From a virus: a stretch of DNA of 64,000 bases. How positions within the stretch are numbered: position 1 is the stretch's first letter; every line of letters starts with the position of its first letter. Positions 43,501 through 55,985 of this stretch are shown piece after piece. The position numbers and the translations under genes are program-made. The DNA lies in IMG/VR virus record IMGVR_UViG_3300021387_001020, positions 3,367 through 67,366 of that record. One strand, written 5' to 3'. The notes under the pieces were generated by a model. It worked only from the letters and a program-made list of their open reading frames with translations. It ran no database searches and was not told where the DNA came from.

Positions 43501-46500
43501 ACTGATGAAGAATATGAAATATTTCGTGATCTGGCATATGATGGACGCAGATTAGATAATCCATATTCTAATATCAAAGCCCCAGATTGGATCATGAAAC
43601 GAGCAAAGGAAAATGGAGTTTTAGATGATGATGGTTGGATATCTGATAGTTCATTTTATCGTCCAGTGATGTATAAAATTAGTAATATAGATGAAGATTT
43701 TGAAGAAGAGGAGGATGAATAATATGGCGGTAACTCGCACATGGAAAGTTTATGGAATGGATGGTCATAGGCAGAAAGAAAGTTTTAGCCCGTCTGTTAG
43801 ATGGGATTGGTCTGACGAAATTGATGGTGTGCGAATTTTCGAAGCTGAAAATTTTGACAAAACTGGAACACATGATTACTCGATAATCCATATCACACGC
43901 AACACATGGGAAGAATGTGATGAAGAAATGGAGGGTCAGATTTGTGACGGATATTTTGAAAACGCAAGAGTCGGTAATGTTGTAGAAATTTATTAAAGGA
44001 GAAATTGAAATGAAATCAAATAAAGAAAAGGTAATCTTCCGCAAAGTATTTGACCCGTTTATGAAAATCTGGAAGTATATGTGTATTTTTCCAGATGAGG
44101 AAGCAAATCTTGGTTGTGTTGGATGTGTAGAAATCTGGGAAGAAAATGGAAAGTGGTGGCATGATCCGTATTGTGAGGTTAATATCTTCAACACTTATAA
44201 ATGTAAAATCATTCATAAGACAGATGAGATAGTTCCGAAGTTAATTAATGCACTTCATAAATTATATGATTGTGATTTTGAAGCTGTTGAAAAAATCACA
44301 TATAACAAACATAAAGCGAGGTCATTATGAGCAAACCAAAGCGAGATAAACTATGGATTAATGATATGTGGAAAGTTGATGATGATATGGGTTGTCATTG
44401 CTGTTACCAGTATTACAACGGAAAGTGTAATGCACCTGGAGGACGTTTTGATCGTGGTTATTGCGAGGCTTTTATCCATAGGGATGTTTATAACCATAAG
44501 CAAGAACATGATGAATATGAAGAGTATATGAATAATTGGAATTAGAAAGGAGATGTTAATATGAAGTACGTAATAAATATTAACCACTATACTTATGGTA
44601 GCGGATATAGCTACACAGAGACATTTGATTCTGGTACAACAGAAGATACTTTTACCGCAAAAGAATGGTTTGATGGACTTGATGAACCATTTGTACTTGA
44701 TGAAAACGAATGGATTGAGATTGTGGTTTATTTCTACAATGATGGAGATGATCCAATGTTTGTCAATCCTGTATTGAAGTCAACTTATAGTTATTAAAGG
44801 AGAAGCGACTATTTGGCTATTTGAGGATGAACTGGAGGTGATTCAATGAGAGATGGTTGGCATAAGATCTGCGGATATGATGTTTATGTAGAGAATGACA
44901 AAGTTCTTAGAGGAACTAAGTATAATGGACAACTTCCATCATGCGTTTACAGGTCGTGTAAATCTGGTGGATGGGATAGGGAATATAAAATATCTGTCGA
45001 TGCGTTTCGAGCTGGTGTCCGCAGAGGAACAATTAAAATGTTTTGAAAGGAAATATGATTATGAAAACAAAAATTTATGTTGTAAGTGGAAGATTTGATA
45101 CAGAAATTATTGATCCGTCAGTTTTTAAAACAAGAAAAGATGCAGGGATTTATGTATCTGATTTTATTTATAAAACTGCATCAATGAGTTATGAAGATGA
45201 AGAAGGTTCAAACGAAGAATTAGATCGTGATATCCTTGATGAGTGGGCTGAAAACAATGGATATGAATTCCATAATGATGAATATGGTGGTGTGTTTTAT
45301 GATGGTGGTGAATATACGGAACTGGTAATTACTGAACACAAAATTGAAATTTAAAAGGAGATGATCAAATGAACGCAAAAACAGCATACTCTCATATTAA
45401 AAGAATGAAAAATTATTATGGACTTCTTGGTTTTACAATTGCTGAATCCGTAAACGAAATGGATAATTCATATGAAGATATGGGTTATCATCTTGATGAT
45501 GTGATTAGTGAAAATCCAAATCAGATTGATTTGATCGAAAAGGTGGTCATTGCATTGAGTGGTTACTGCTTTGAGACAATCAAAGATAAAATGAAAGACA
45601 ATAGAGATTACTATAATAGTTTGTAATTAAAGGAGGTTATATTATGACGCTGTATGATTTCATTAAGGCAGATGATTGTTGTTATGATACTTATGATGAT
45701 GTGTGTGATACAACAGTAACAGTAGATATTAATCTTGAACCTGAAGATGACTATGATGAGTTCTGTGTAGAACTTATTAAGAAAATCGAGGTAAAAGGTA
45801 GGGAATATGACGGAAATCCAGTATGTGGATGGTATGATTATATCAAAAGAAATTTACCGAGATTTAGACAGTTCGCAGATGATTACTGGGTTAAGAATAA
45901 TTATAAAGATGAATACAATTTTATCTGTGAGTGGATTGAGGAACTACATAGATTCCTTGCTGGATATGGAGAGGACGATCAGTATTGGTACTATAAACAG
46001 GAACTGGTTGATAAGTGTGAATAATTAAATATGAAAGGAGAACGAATATGCCAGAAATCACATGGGATATGATTATTGATAATTTAAAGGAAAGTGACAA
46101 ACACTTGGAACGATTTGAAATCAATAAGGACGGTGAAATTCTTTGCAAAACAGAAGAGGATGCAAATTGTATAGCTGATTTCATTGAATGTTTGCTTGAT
46201 GATGTAGTATGTACCTCTTCTTACGTGAATGATGATAAATGGAGTGATGGTTTTAGATGGGAACTTCATTTGAATGGTATGTGATGAAAGTCGCCTTTGA
46301 TGAGAGGAGAAAGATAGATGAAGAATGAACGTATGATTGTTGAAGGATACGATGGAAATTATTACTTTTTTGATTATCCTGAAGATGATGAAAGGGAAGA
46401 CGGAATTGGTGCGGTAGATGTTAGTGATGAAATTGGTTGTCATCAGTGTAAAAGATCCGCTCTTTATGATGATATGAAGGGATATGTAGATGAATTACAG

Positions 46501-49500
46501 AACGAAGAAAAACTTCCTGATGGTAATTACATCGTAACTTATTTCTTCTTAAATGATGACTTAGATCTTGAACAGAAAGTTGATTTTGGTATTAGTAAAA
46601 GTGAGATTGTTCAGAACGTTATCAGTCAGAAATATATTGAGGGAGCAGATTATTTCAAGATGGAACAGTTAGTAAGATACTAATAAAAGACACGTTTGAT
46701 GAGGAGATGATTAAATGAGAGATATTAGAAAACTTGAAAGAATCGAAGATAATGGTGGTCGTTATACGTTTTCCGTTTGGAAAAACGGAAACCATGTAGA
46801 TGGTAATTTATATGTCGGTGGCTGTTTTGAAGAAGCAATGAAACTTGCGAAAGAAAATGATGCGGATGAGATAGAAGCTACCGTCTGGTATTCTGAAGAT
46901 GATTATAACAATAGGATGGAAGCAGATGATTATATTGTAGTATGGCATAGATAAAACGACAATTTGATGAGAGGAGATAAAAGATATGGTGGTTAACAAT
47001 CTGTCTCAGTTTAAGAAAGCTATGAAAGATGGTCATGTATTTGAAATTATTGAGCATTTTATTAAACCAGAGAGAAATGGAGAAAAGAGAGTGGTTCAGG
47101 TATTGCAGACAAATGGTATGTATACCGGGATTTATGGTAATCCAACCTGTGAAATTAGTACATGCAACAATGGAAAAGGATCATGGATTAAATTTGGGAA
47201 AGCAAGTGATTGGACATTTTGTAATGGTATTTGCCAACAGAAATATAAAGGAATACCAATCTGGACATTGAGAGTTCTTGATGAAACTATCTAATAAAAA
47301 TCAAGTTTTATAAAAGGAGATGATTTAATGATTACACCAAAAGGAATTAAAAAAGTAGTTCATAATAATGAGAGATATGTAAACATTCCGAACCGTGCCA
47401 CCATGGACAACATGGTTTACTTTGTTGCAGATCTTTTAAAAGAGGCTGGTGATACAGAAACCGCAGATAAAGTACGTGAGTTTTATTACAAATTGGAAGA
47501 TATGAGTACATTTGAAATAGCAAGAGAAGAAATTTGGATTGGATAAAGGAGATAATATTATGAATATTCAAACATGGAAAGTTGTTGATACAATAAATAC
47601 ATATTGGGAGGGTACCGGAAAATATCAGGATATGTATAACAAAATGATTAAGGAAGTTGAAACAGGAAAATGGGATTGGAATAAGACAACTAGATTTGTA
47701 TTCTTTCGTTACTATAGATTTTATAACGATGGAGATTGCCCACCAAGTATGAAATATAAGTTAGTGGATTATGCAAAATCACTTGAGGAAAAAGCAGATG
47801 ATCGTGTTTTAAAAGAATGGAAAAGATTTATTAAAAGAGATAGGAGATGATCGAATGAAAGTAAATGAGTTATTACCAATTATTAAAGAAACAAAAATGT
47901 TAGTGGTTATTGAAATTCCACAAGATGAAACAACTGGTTGTCATAGTTTTATTTATGGTTTGGATAATATAACACAAGATATTATGGATGAAGATGTCTG
48001 TCTTATCATACCGTATGAGAACTTGAACAGATTAATAGTTTGTATTAGTAATGGAGAAATGAAATGTAGAAGTTCTATTTATTTAAGTTTACTGTGATGA
48101 AAATCAAATTTCATGAGAATGATTGAGATACAACAGTTATTAAAAGAAAGGAAAACAAATATGAAATATTACATTATCCCCAAAGAAGAAATTGCAATGG
48201 AAATTGAAGATGCAAATGTAAAGAACAACATTGATGCTATGATGCATTTTGCAAATTACATGAGCCTTGATATGGATGAATATTTTAAAGCAGTTACCGA
48301 GGAAGAGTATGATAAAATTAAAAAAGAACGTGATTTTGACGCAGTACATTCTCAGTTTGTCAATTGGGCAAAAGATGTAATCGAAGAAGATTTTGACGAT
48401 TATGAATTTGACGAAGAAACTATTTCTGAACTTGCTGAAGATGCTTGGTATATTAATTGCGATGGTGAAGGATATACTGAGTATGAATGTATAGAAGCTG
48501 CTATTGAAGAATATGAAAAAATGCAAGAGGAGGATGAGTAATGGAATTCACGATAACAACAAACATTGAACTCGCAGATATTCAGAATACTGTTGAAACG
48601 TTGGAAGATAAACTTAATTGGTTGGAAGATAATTATTCTTATGCTGTAAATGAAATTAGAAAAATAAAAATTGCGCTTGAAGTGCTGAATGATCTGGAAA
48701 CTGATGTTGCAAATATGGATTGAAAGGAGAATAAAATGAAAATTACTTATGAAGTCCGGTATATCAGAAAAGATGGTTCATTTGGAGCATATTGCGGAGA
48801 TGACAAAGAAGCATTCGATGTTGAGATTAAAAATTGTGAGCGTTGTGGATTTGAGTATGAAGCACGTATTAAAAAAGAAAAACCTAAAAACGATTCTGTC
48901 GAGTTTTATTATAAGCTATGGAGAGCATTAGAGAAATCATTAGCAAACGAAGATGAACTAGGATGCCATGCAAATGCAATTATTGTTCAGCTTGGAAGAT
49001 CAGTTGATAGTAATTACAAATATTATGACGAAAAATTTAATGCATGGCTGGATTATTTCTTGAATTAAATATTGAAAATAAAGAAAGGAGATGTTTTTAT
49101 GAGAAGAGGTAGACCGAGTAGACCATCATGTTATCTTGAAAAATGTAGAACTGGTTATTTTGGATTGGAATACACATATTCGTGGATTGCTCGTGATAAT
49201 TGGAATAATGAAGTAGCACGAGCGAAGACAAAGAAAGAATGCGAATATAAAGCCAGGTTGAATGGATATACACCCCGATAAAAGTCGCATTTAATTGAAA
49301 AGGAGAGTAAAATGGCTGAGAAGAAGAAATATCGTGTAACATGGGAAATTGTTGTTGAGGTAGAAGCTGAAGATCCTGATACTGTAACATCTTTAGCAGA
49401 TGAAAAATGGTGTAATGGAGAAAATGAAATGCACTGCTATATTGAAGAAATTGAGTAATCAAATGAAATGAAATTCAGTTTTGATTGGAGGATATTTATG

Positions 49501-50510
49501 GGAAATTATAACTACAAAAACGCTGTTAATTATTTAGTAAAAGAGCTTAATACCGTAGGTAGTAGAGCTACATTACATGGAAAGAATAATCATGTAAAAG
49601 CTTGTTGGGATGATGCTGGTTATTATCTTTTATATATTGAAGATAGACAAGTTGGAATAGCAATGAAGCCAAAAGAATGCTGTATAGTATTAGAAGCATT
49701 GTGTAGTATATTGTAATAACAATATTATAGAAAGGGGATTTATATTATGACAGTAAATGATCTGCTTGATAACTTTGAAATTCAAGGCACACTTAGAGTA
49801 CAGCGTTGGAATGAAGAAACAGAAGACATGGATGTGTTTTATGATAGCGATGATCATGAAAATGCGCTCGTAAATCGTGGTTATGAATGGCTGCAAAGTG
49901 AAATTAAATATATGTACCCATCAACAACTGAAAATAGGAATGATATTGAAATTCCACAGATTGTAATTGAGATTGAGTAAAGGAGATGATATTATGAACG
50001 TAATTCACAATAATAAACATGTATCAATGGAGTATATAGATATTTGTATGGATCTTGGCTTTATTCCTGAAACACGATTTGTAAAGGTTACTAATCGCGG
50101 AACGATTACGTTTACTGTTGGAAAGCCATATGAAATTAAAGCATTATATAAAAGTGTTATTGATCATGGTTATAAGCCATCTGGTAAGTTTGTTAAATAT
50201 GTAAAGAATAATTAAAGGAGAATATGCTATGGCGAACTGGAACAAAATTTGTAACGAATTCAAAGAAGTAAGAGAACTTATTAATAGCGATGAATATTGT
50301 GGTTATGATATTCTTGATAAAGTCGCAAAAATCTGTGCCAAGTATGCAAAACAGGATTGGGATTATGCTTTTGATTTTGAAGATTTAGAATTGGAAATTG
50401 AGATTGTAATTGAGAATAAAGATTATGATGATGAAGATGATACTGTAAACTATTATCTTGGAGAGTTTTATGATTTGTGTGATGATGCCAGGGTATGGCT
50501 TGCGATTTAA
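40567..50510 (+). other. Tandem run of about 30 small, mostly acidic hypothetical genes
   Basis: Head-to-tail plus-strand ORFs with AAGGAG SDs; many junctions carry an 18-bp palindrome. Confidence 0.75.
41414..49485 (+). repeat. Dispersed ATRAAA-N6-TTTNAT palindromes at gene junctions (11 copies here, 2 more at 58421 and 62853)
   Basis: Copies start at 41414, 41730, 42808, 43166, 46284, 46683, 46951, 47294, 48097, 49278 and 49468. Confidence 0.75.
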
Positions 50511-50555
50511 GCATTAATTATCATGGATAAAATAAATAAAATATTAAAAAACATG

Positions 50556-50585
50556 TTGACAACAAATAAGTTTTGGAGGTATAGT
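50556..50585 (+). promoter_or_regulatory. SigA-type promoter ahead of the repression module
   Basis: TTGACA-18 nt-TATAGT. Confidence 0.55.
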
Positions 50586-50645
50586 ATGTATAAGATAAAT
50601 AGTGCAAACAAAATGATTTCGGGTTATAATTGGGAGGTGATTTAA

Positions 50646-50855
50646 TTGAGAAAGCAACGCTTCATGGATCTGTCAATGTTCATCTGTCCGACCTGTGGAA
50701 AGACGTTCCCCATAATGCGTAATCACGGTCAGCATCGAAAGAAAAATCACATCAAGGATTTGTATTGCCCATACTGTAAGTCTGATCAGAAGTTCAAGGA
50801 AGTAAAGCGAGGGGAGTGTTTCAGGACACTGGACGGCGAACTGGTATATATGTAA
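50646..50855 (+). CDS. Small Zn-ribbon protein
   Basis: CPTC...HIKDLYCPYC. Confidence 0.7.
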   Translation: MRKQRFMDLSMFICPTCGKTFPIMRNHGQHRKKNHIKDLYCPYCKSDQKFKEVKRGECFRTLDGELVYM

Positions 50856-51022
50856 GGAGAACTGATTATGTTAGCTATTTTTACAATTGGTTTGATTATG
50901 TTGGTTTGCGGTATTGCAACTATCAAAGATAACACTGGCATTGGTGTGATTCTTATGATATTAGGTACAGCATTTCTTAGTGCTATGGCAAGTATTGGAT
51001 ATTAATAGAAGGGAGATATACA

Positions 51023-51595
51023 ATGGGATTTTTCGGATTGTTTGTATCAATGATTGGTCTTGGAGCAATGGCTAAGGATGCTATTAGTAATAGTATTTTT
51101 GAAAGTGATTCGTATCAGCGAGCTGTTAAAGATGGATATTCGTGGTATTTTACTGGTAACGGAAGTCAGATGAAATCTGTGAAAACTGGAAGATTATGTA
51201 CGGAAGATATAGATTATAAAACTGGGCGTAGATGGCTGGTTGATTTAAAAACTGGAGAAAAAATTGAAGATATTACCGCAGAAGTAAATAAAGAAAGAGA
51301 ATTAAAGATTAAACAAGAAACATATGCTAGAGGTGTAAAATTCTATAGAACAACTAGGTTTGATTGTCCGCCAAGATATCATTGTGACATTTATGTTAAT
51401 GATGATATGCCAGGTAGATATTTTAGTTTGGTTCGAAGTATTCATGATGATGATAGATATGTAGAAGGTAAATTGGTTGATTGTGGGTACCCCCATGGAA
51501 AAAAGAAGGTTGAAATAGATTTAAAGAATTTGGTGCATTATAAGCCAGATGGGACGAGAGTAGAAAGGCAAAGACCGAGACAATATAATAGATAA
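51023..51595 (+). CDS. Hypothetical protein with N-terminal hydrophobic segment
   Basis: 190-aa ORF with SD. Confidence 0.65.
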   Translation: MGFFGLFVSMIGLGAMAKDAISNSIFESDSYQRAVKDGYSWYFTGNGSQMKSVKTGRLCTEDIDYKTGRRWLVDLKTGEKIEDITAEVNKERELKIKQETYARGVKFYRTTRFDCPPRYHCDIYVNDDMPGRYFSLVRSIHDDDRYVEGKLVDCGYPHGKKKVEIDLKNLVHYKPDGTRVERQRPRQYNR

Positions 51596-51616
51596 AAAAA
51601 TAGGAGTATTCTAATT

Positions 51617-52576
51617 ATGAATGGTAGACAGGAAAATGAGAGAAAAATAGAAAACAAGATTAAAAAAATATTAGAAGATAAACCTAAAATATTGTTTAGT
51701 TATTACAGTACTTTAAATGACAAAACAGCAAAAACAAAACTTGTATATATTAATTATCTCATTGATTTTTTTGAATTTCTTAAAGAGCGTGGTATTGATA
51801 CTACAAATATAAATAGCTTTAAAAATGTTAAGAAAGTAGATATGGATGAATATATTTTGTATTCTAAATTTAGAAAAAGAGGTGATACAACAATTGAAAA
51901 TGGAAAAAGTATAATTAGATCAAGGATATTTGCTGCAAGAAATTTCTTTGATTTTTTAATTGATAATGAATATATAGAAAAAAACCCATGTGAAAAAGTA
52001 CTTCTTCCAAAATTAAATAATCAAATTAGTGTTGTGTCGATGACAGATGAAGAAGTAAATACTGTCAAAAAAAGAATTCTCGATGATTCAAAATACAAAG
52101 AACGTGATTATGCTATATTTGTTCTTGCAATAAGAGTTGGACTAAGAATTAACTCTTTGATCGAAATTAATATTGAAGATATTGATTTTAATAACAATTC
52201 TATAATTGTTACAGAAAAAGGTGATAAAAAGAGAGAAGTTTATTTTGGCAATGATACAAAAAGAGCATTGTTAGAATATCTTGACGTAAGAAATCCTGTA
52301 GCAAAAACAAATGCATTGTTTCTGTCAAATAGGAACAGGAGAATGTCGTATAGTGTACCAAAAGATATACTTGATAAGTATGCTTCTGATTTCGGCAAGA
52401 GAATCACATGTCATAAAATGAGAAGCACATGTGCAACAAATTTATATGATAAAAGTGGAGATATATATCTAGTAGCCGATGTACTTGGTCATTCTAATAT
52501 TTCCAATACAAGAAGGTATGCTAGAATATCCGAAACAAAGCGTAAAAACGCAGCGAATATATTAGATGAATTATAA
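51617..52576 (+). CDS. Tyrosine recombinase/integrase-family protein
   Basis: Catalytic set intact: R (GLRINSL), K (EKG), HKMR, LGH and Y (TRRY). Confidence 0.9.
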   Translation: MNGRQENERKIENKIKKILEDKPKILFSYYSTLNDKTAKTKLVYINYLIDFFEFLKERGIDTTNINSFKNVKKVDMDEYILYSKFRKRGDTTIENGKSIIRSRIFAARNFFDFLIDNEYIEKNPCEKVLLPKLNNQISVVSMTDEEVNTVKKRILDDSKYKERDYAIFVLAIRVGLRINSLIEINIEDIDFNNNSIIVTEKGDKKREVYFGNDTKRALLEYLDVRNPVAKTNALFLSNRNRRMSYSVPKDILDKYASDFGKRITCHKMRSTCATNLYDKSGDIYLVADVLGHSNISNTRRYARISETKRKNAANILDEL

Positions 52577-52645
52577 ATAATAATTAATAATTGAACTAAA
52601 CAACAATTTATGTTATACTACATTAAAAGAAAGGAGGTTTATCCA

Positions 52646-53896
52646 ATGCTTTATGGAGAGCGTAGCAGACAAGAACTCAATGACTTCGCTGAAAAACTGT
52701 TTGCGAAAAGTGAGATTATTAAAGACAAAACATCTCGCAGAAATTTATTTGATGAACTTAGTGACCGTTTTAATATGGACATATCAACCGCAGATGATCT
52801 CATTACATTTAAAAGAGATATTAAAGAATTTACAGCATTTCAAATCTTTTGTGTTGTCTGGTTTCTAGACCGAAACAGCCTAACCAAATTTTTCTCAGAA
52901 CAAGAAATCAAAGCATTATCTAAAGAGAAATTCCAGAAGGAAACAATTAGTTTTCCATTGGAATTTAACATGTTGAGAGTAGCGGATGATCAGTGGGTCG
53001 GCGCGACATCATTGCAGGAACTCATGCGCATGAAAAGAGCAAGATTACTGAATTATGATGAGAACGAACAACGTGCGTTGCGTAGAGTTAAATTTGGCAA
53101 TACTGAAATATATAAGCCGTATGTTAACAATCGTGCAGTAAAAGAAATAAAAGAAGCAATGTTAAACGGAACATATATCCCGGATATTATTACACTTAAT
53201 CTACCAGACGGATCTGAGTATGAGTATAATAACGGAAAGTTAACCATATTCTCAATTCCAAGTGGTATGTTTAACTTGGATGATGGTTACCATAGGTATT
53301 TAGCAATGTCACAGATCAATGACGAAAATCGTGAATTTGATTATCCTATGGAATTGCGTATTGTTAACTTCGATCCAGGTAAGGCAACTGGTTTTATATT
53401 TCAGCAAGACCAGAAGACTAAGATGAAGAAAATCACTTCTGATACTTACAACCCAAATGATATAGCGAATAAAATTGCTACACGTATTAATAATGATAGA
53501 CTCGGATGTAATATCGCTGGGATGATTGGACGTAATAATTCTAACATTGATCTTGGTGTCTTCACTAAATTAATCACTTATTTCTTCATTAAAAACAAAC
53601 CAAAAAAAGAAGAGGAAATGAAATTTATCATATCTGTTCAATCAGAATTGACCACCAAATTCAATCTGATTACTAGTCAGGATGATACTTTTCTTGGTAA
53701 ATATGATGATGTGATGTTGTTTACGGTTATGTATGTGTTCTCTTCAGATAATAACACGGAAAATTACGTAACAAACATTCGTAAGGTAATTGATTCTATT
53801 GCCGAGGAAGAAAAACGGTATTTTAATATATCATCATCTGGAGTAGTAAGGAAGAAAGCTGTATCTATCATAGAGAATAAATTGGGAAGGAGGTAA
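52646..53896 (+). CDS. DGQHR/DndB-ParB-like domain protein (SPbeta YopQ-like position)
   Basis: LDDGYHR motif; lies between the recombinase and the MrpR-like gene. Confidence 0.6.
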   Translation: MLYGERSRQELNDFAEKLFAKSEIIKDKTSRRNLFDELSDRFNMDISTADDLITFKRDIKEFTAFQIFCVVWFLDRNSLTKFFSEQEIKALSKEKFQKETISFPLEFNMLRVADDQWVGATSLQELMRMKRARLLNYDENEQRALRRVKFGNTEIYKPYVNNRAVKEIKEAMLNGTYIPDIITLNLPDGSEYEYNNGKLTIFSIPSGMFNLDDGYHRYLAMSQINDENREFDYPMELRIVNFDPGKATGFIFQQDQKTKMKKITSDTYNPNDIANKIATRINNDRLGCNIAGMIGRNNSNIDLGVFTKLITYFFIKNKPKKEEEMKFIISVQSELTTKFNLITSQDDTFLGKYDDVMLFTVMYVFSSDNNTENYVTNIRKVIDSIAEEEKRYFNISSSGVVRKKAVSIIENKLGRR

Positions 53897-53899
53897 ATC

Positions 53900-54799
53900 A
53901 TGTATAATGAGGAGAGAAAGAAACAATATCTTGATGAAAAATCTGAGACAGCTATTATTGCACAAAACTTAGTTAATGCTTTTAATGATGCCGCTCAAAT
54001 GGAAGAGAAATATGGGCGTGATCTATGCGAATGGACATCTGAAGAAATTATGGATTTCTACCGATATCTAAGTACTTCATCAGTACAGCGTCTTGTTCAG
54101 CTCAATAATAGTCTTGTTTCGTATACTAATTGGTGTTTGATGAATGGGTTGGTATCAGATAATCAAAATCATTTTAGCGAACTTAAAACAGAAACATTGA
54201 TAAGATGTGCTGATGTTAAAAAATTGCTTGGCACTGTAATCACAAGAGAACAGCTTCTTGACGAAATAAGTGTGCTTCCGAACTATGTAGATAGATTTAT
54301 TTTTCTTGGTTTGTTTGAGGGAATTCCTGTTGCAGATGATGTAATGAAGAATGTTAAAATTAGTGACCTTGATGGCGATATTCTTCATTTATCTAATGGA
54401 AATGATATTAAAGTTTCTCCAGAACTTCGCCATATTATGTTTCAGGCAGACGAAGAAAAAACGTCAATTAATATGCATCCAACAAAACATATTGAAATTC
54501 CATATAGGGATGAAGATACAATAATTAAGTATAAGGTAGGTGTAGGAACTGAAAACACGACAATTATGATTGGTGGAAGATTTAGGTCTTGTCTTAAATA
54601 TTTGGGATTAGAATCCATGACAATGAAAACCATAAGAGAAAGTGGTAGGATTTATATGATGCGACATCTTGCGGAAGAATACCACATTACTATGGAAGAA
54701 ACCATTACAATTGGAAACATTAGAAAAATTCACGAAAAAATATTTGGTAAGATCCAGAACTCGGTGACATATCTCAACACATACGGAAAGTGTTTTTGA
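53900..54799 (+). CDS. MrpR/YopR-like master repressor (degenerate tyrosine-recombinase fold)
   Basis: MYNEERKKQYL N-terminus, LFEGI and IRESGRI motifs; gene order resembles the SPbeta repression operon. Confidence 0.65.
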   Translation: MYNEERKKQYLDEKSETAIIAQNLVNAFNDAAQMEEKYGRDLCEWTSEEIMDFYRYLSTSSVQRLVQLNNSLVSYTNWCLMNGLVSDNQNHFSELKTETLIRCADVKKLLGTVITREQLLDEISVLPNYVDRFIFLGLFEGIPVADDVMKNVKISDLDGDILHLSNGNDIKVSPELRHIMFQADEEKTSINMHPTKHIEIPYRDEDTIIKYKVGVGTENTTIMIGGRFRSCLKYLGLESMTMKTIRESGRIYMMRHLAEEYHITMEETITIGNIRKIHEKIFGKIQNSVTYLNTYGKCF

Positions 54800-55985
54800 A
54801 CTGGCTGTATTTTTTACCATCTACCAACTGTATAATAATTTTACACTTGATAATATAATTGAGTGGTGGTAAAATATAGACATCCAATCGAACAAAGTTT
54901 CGATTAAGTAAGCAGAATAAAAAACTCCCCATGTTGCAGCATGAGGAGCAAATGCAAAACGTAACTCAATAACCAGAGTGACAATATTTATAAAAAGATT
55001 ATTGGTAATCATTTTGCAACTTTATTATATCAAATTATAATAGAGAAATCAATAATATTTGCTTTGATGGTTGCCAGAGAAAGGGGTACAAATGACTAGT
55101 ACTAAAGAAAAGCTGTTGGCAATGATTAACGCCGCTATTGATAACAAAATGGAAATGGATATTATTATTAGCTGTCTTAAGTTTGGGGCATGTTTAACAA
55201 TTGTTCCAGATGATGTGGATGAGGGGGAGAATGAAATCATTGTATACTCTGGTATGGATTTTTATTCTATTGGATTATCTGGTGAATTTGATGACGGAGA
55301 TAGATATATATGCTTGCAGACTGATGGATCAACAACTCATGCAGTAATGATAATTACTTTCTAATATATGGCGAGTAAATTCGCCTTTAATTTAATGAAT
55401 AAAATATTAAACACAACTTGACAAAAGCAACCTAATCAAATAATATATCTAATATACAAATTATTAAAGGAGAGACACAAATGGAAATGAAAATTAAGTC
55501 ACTGGAATATAAGCATTATGGCCTTACTGGTAAAAGAATTAATATTAAGTTTAACAATTCTTTTGATAATTTTCTGTATCATGATTTGTGGCTTCCGGCG
55601 AAAGTGGTAGCTGAGTATCCTAAGTTTCTGATGGTGGAAATTCTTCCTCATATTAATTTAAACCAGAGTATGGGAATTTCGAAACCGTATCAGGTTGGCG
55701 TTAATAAAATGAGAATTCATTTCGGTGAAGTTGAAATTAGGTACTAATCATTGAATAAAATGAAAGGAATATTTTATGTCAGAGATATATTTTGGTGAAA
55801 TAACTCCAATTAGAATACGTGAACGTGCTGGAAAAACATATAGTGATTTAATGATTGATTACGTTAAAAAATATGGTGTGATAAATATGTGGAAATGGTA
55901 TTGCATTGATAAAGGGAAGTTCGTTAAGGTAATCTAATAAATATCAAATATTAAAAATATCATAATCAAGAGAGGAGATAATACT

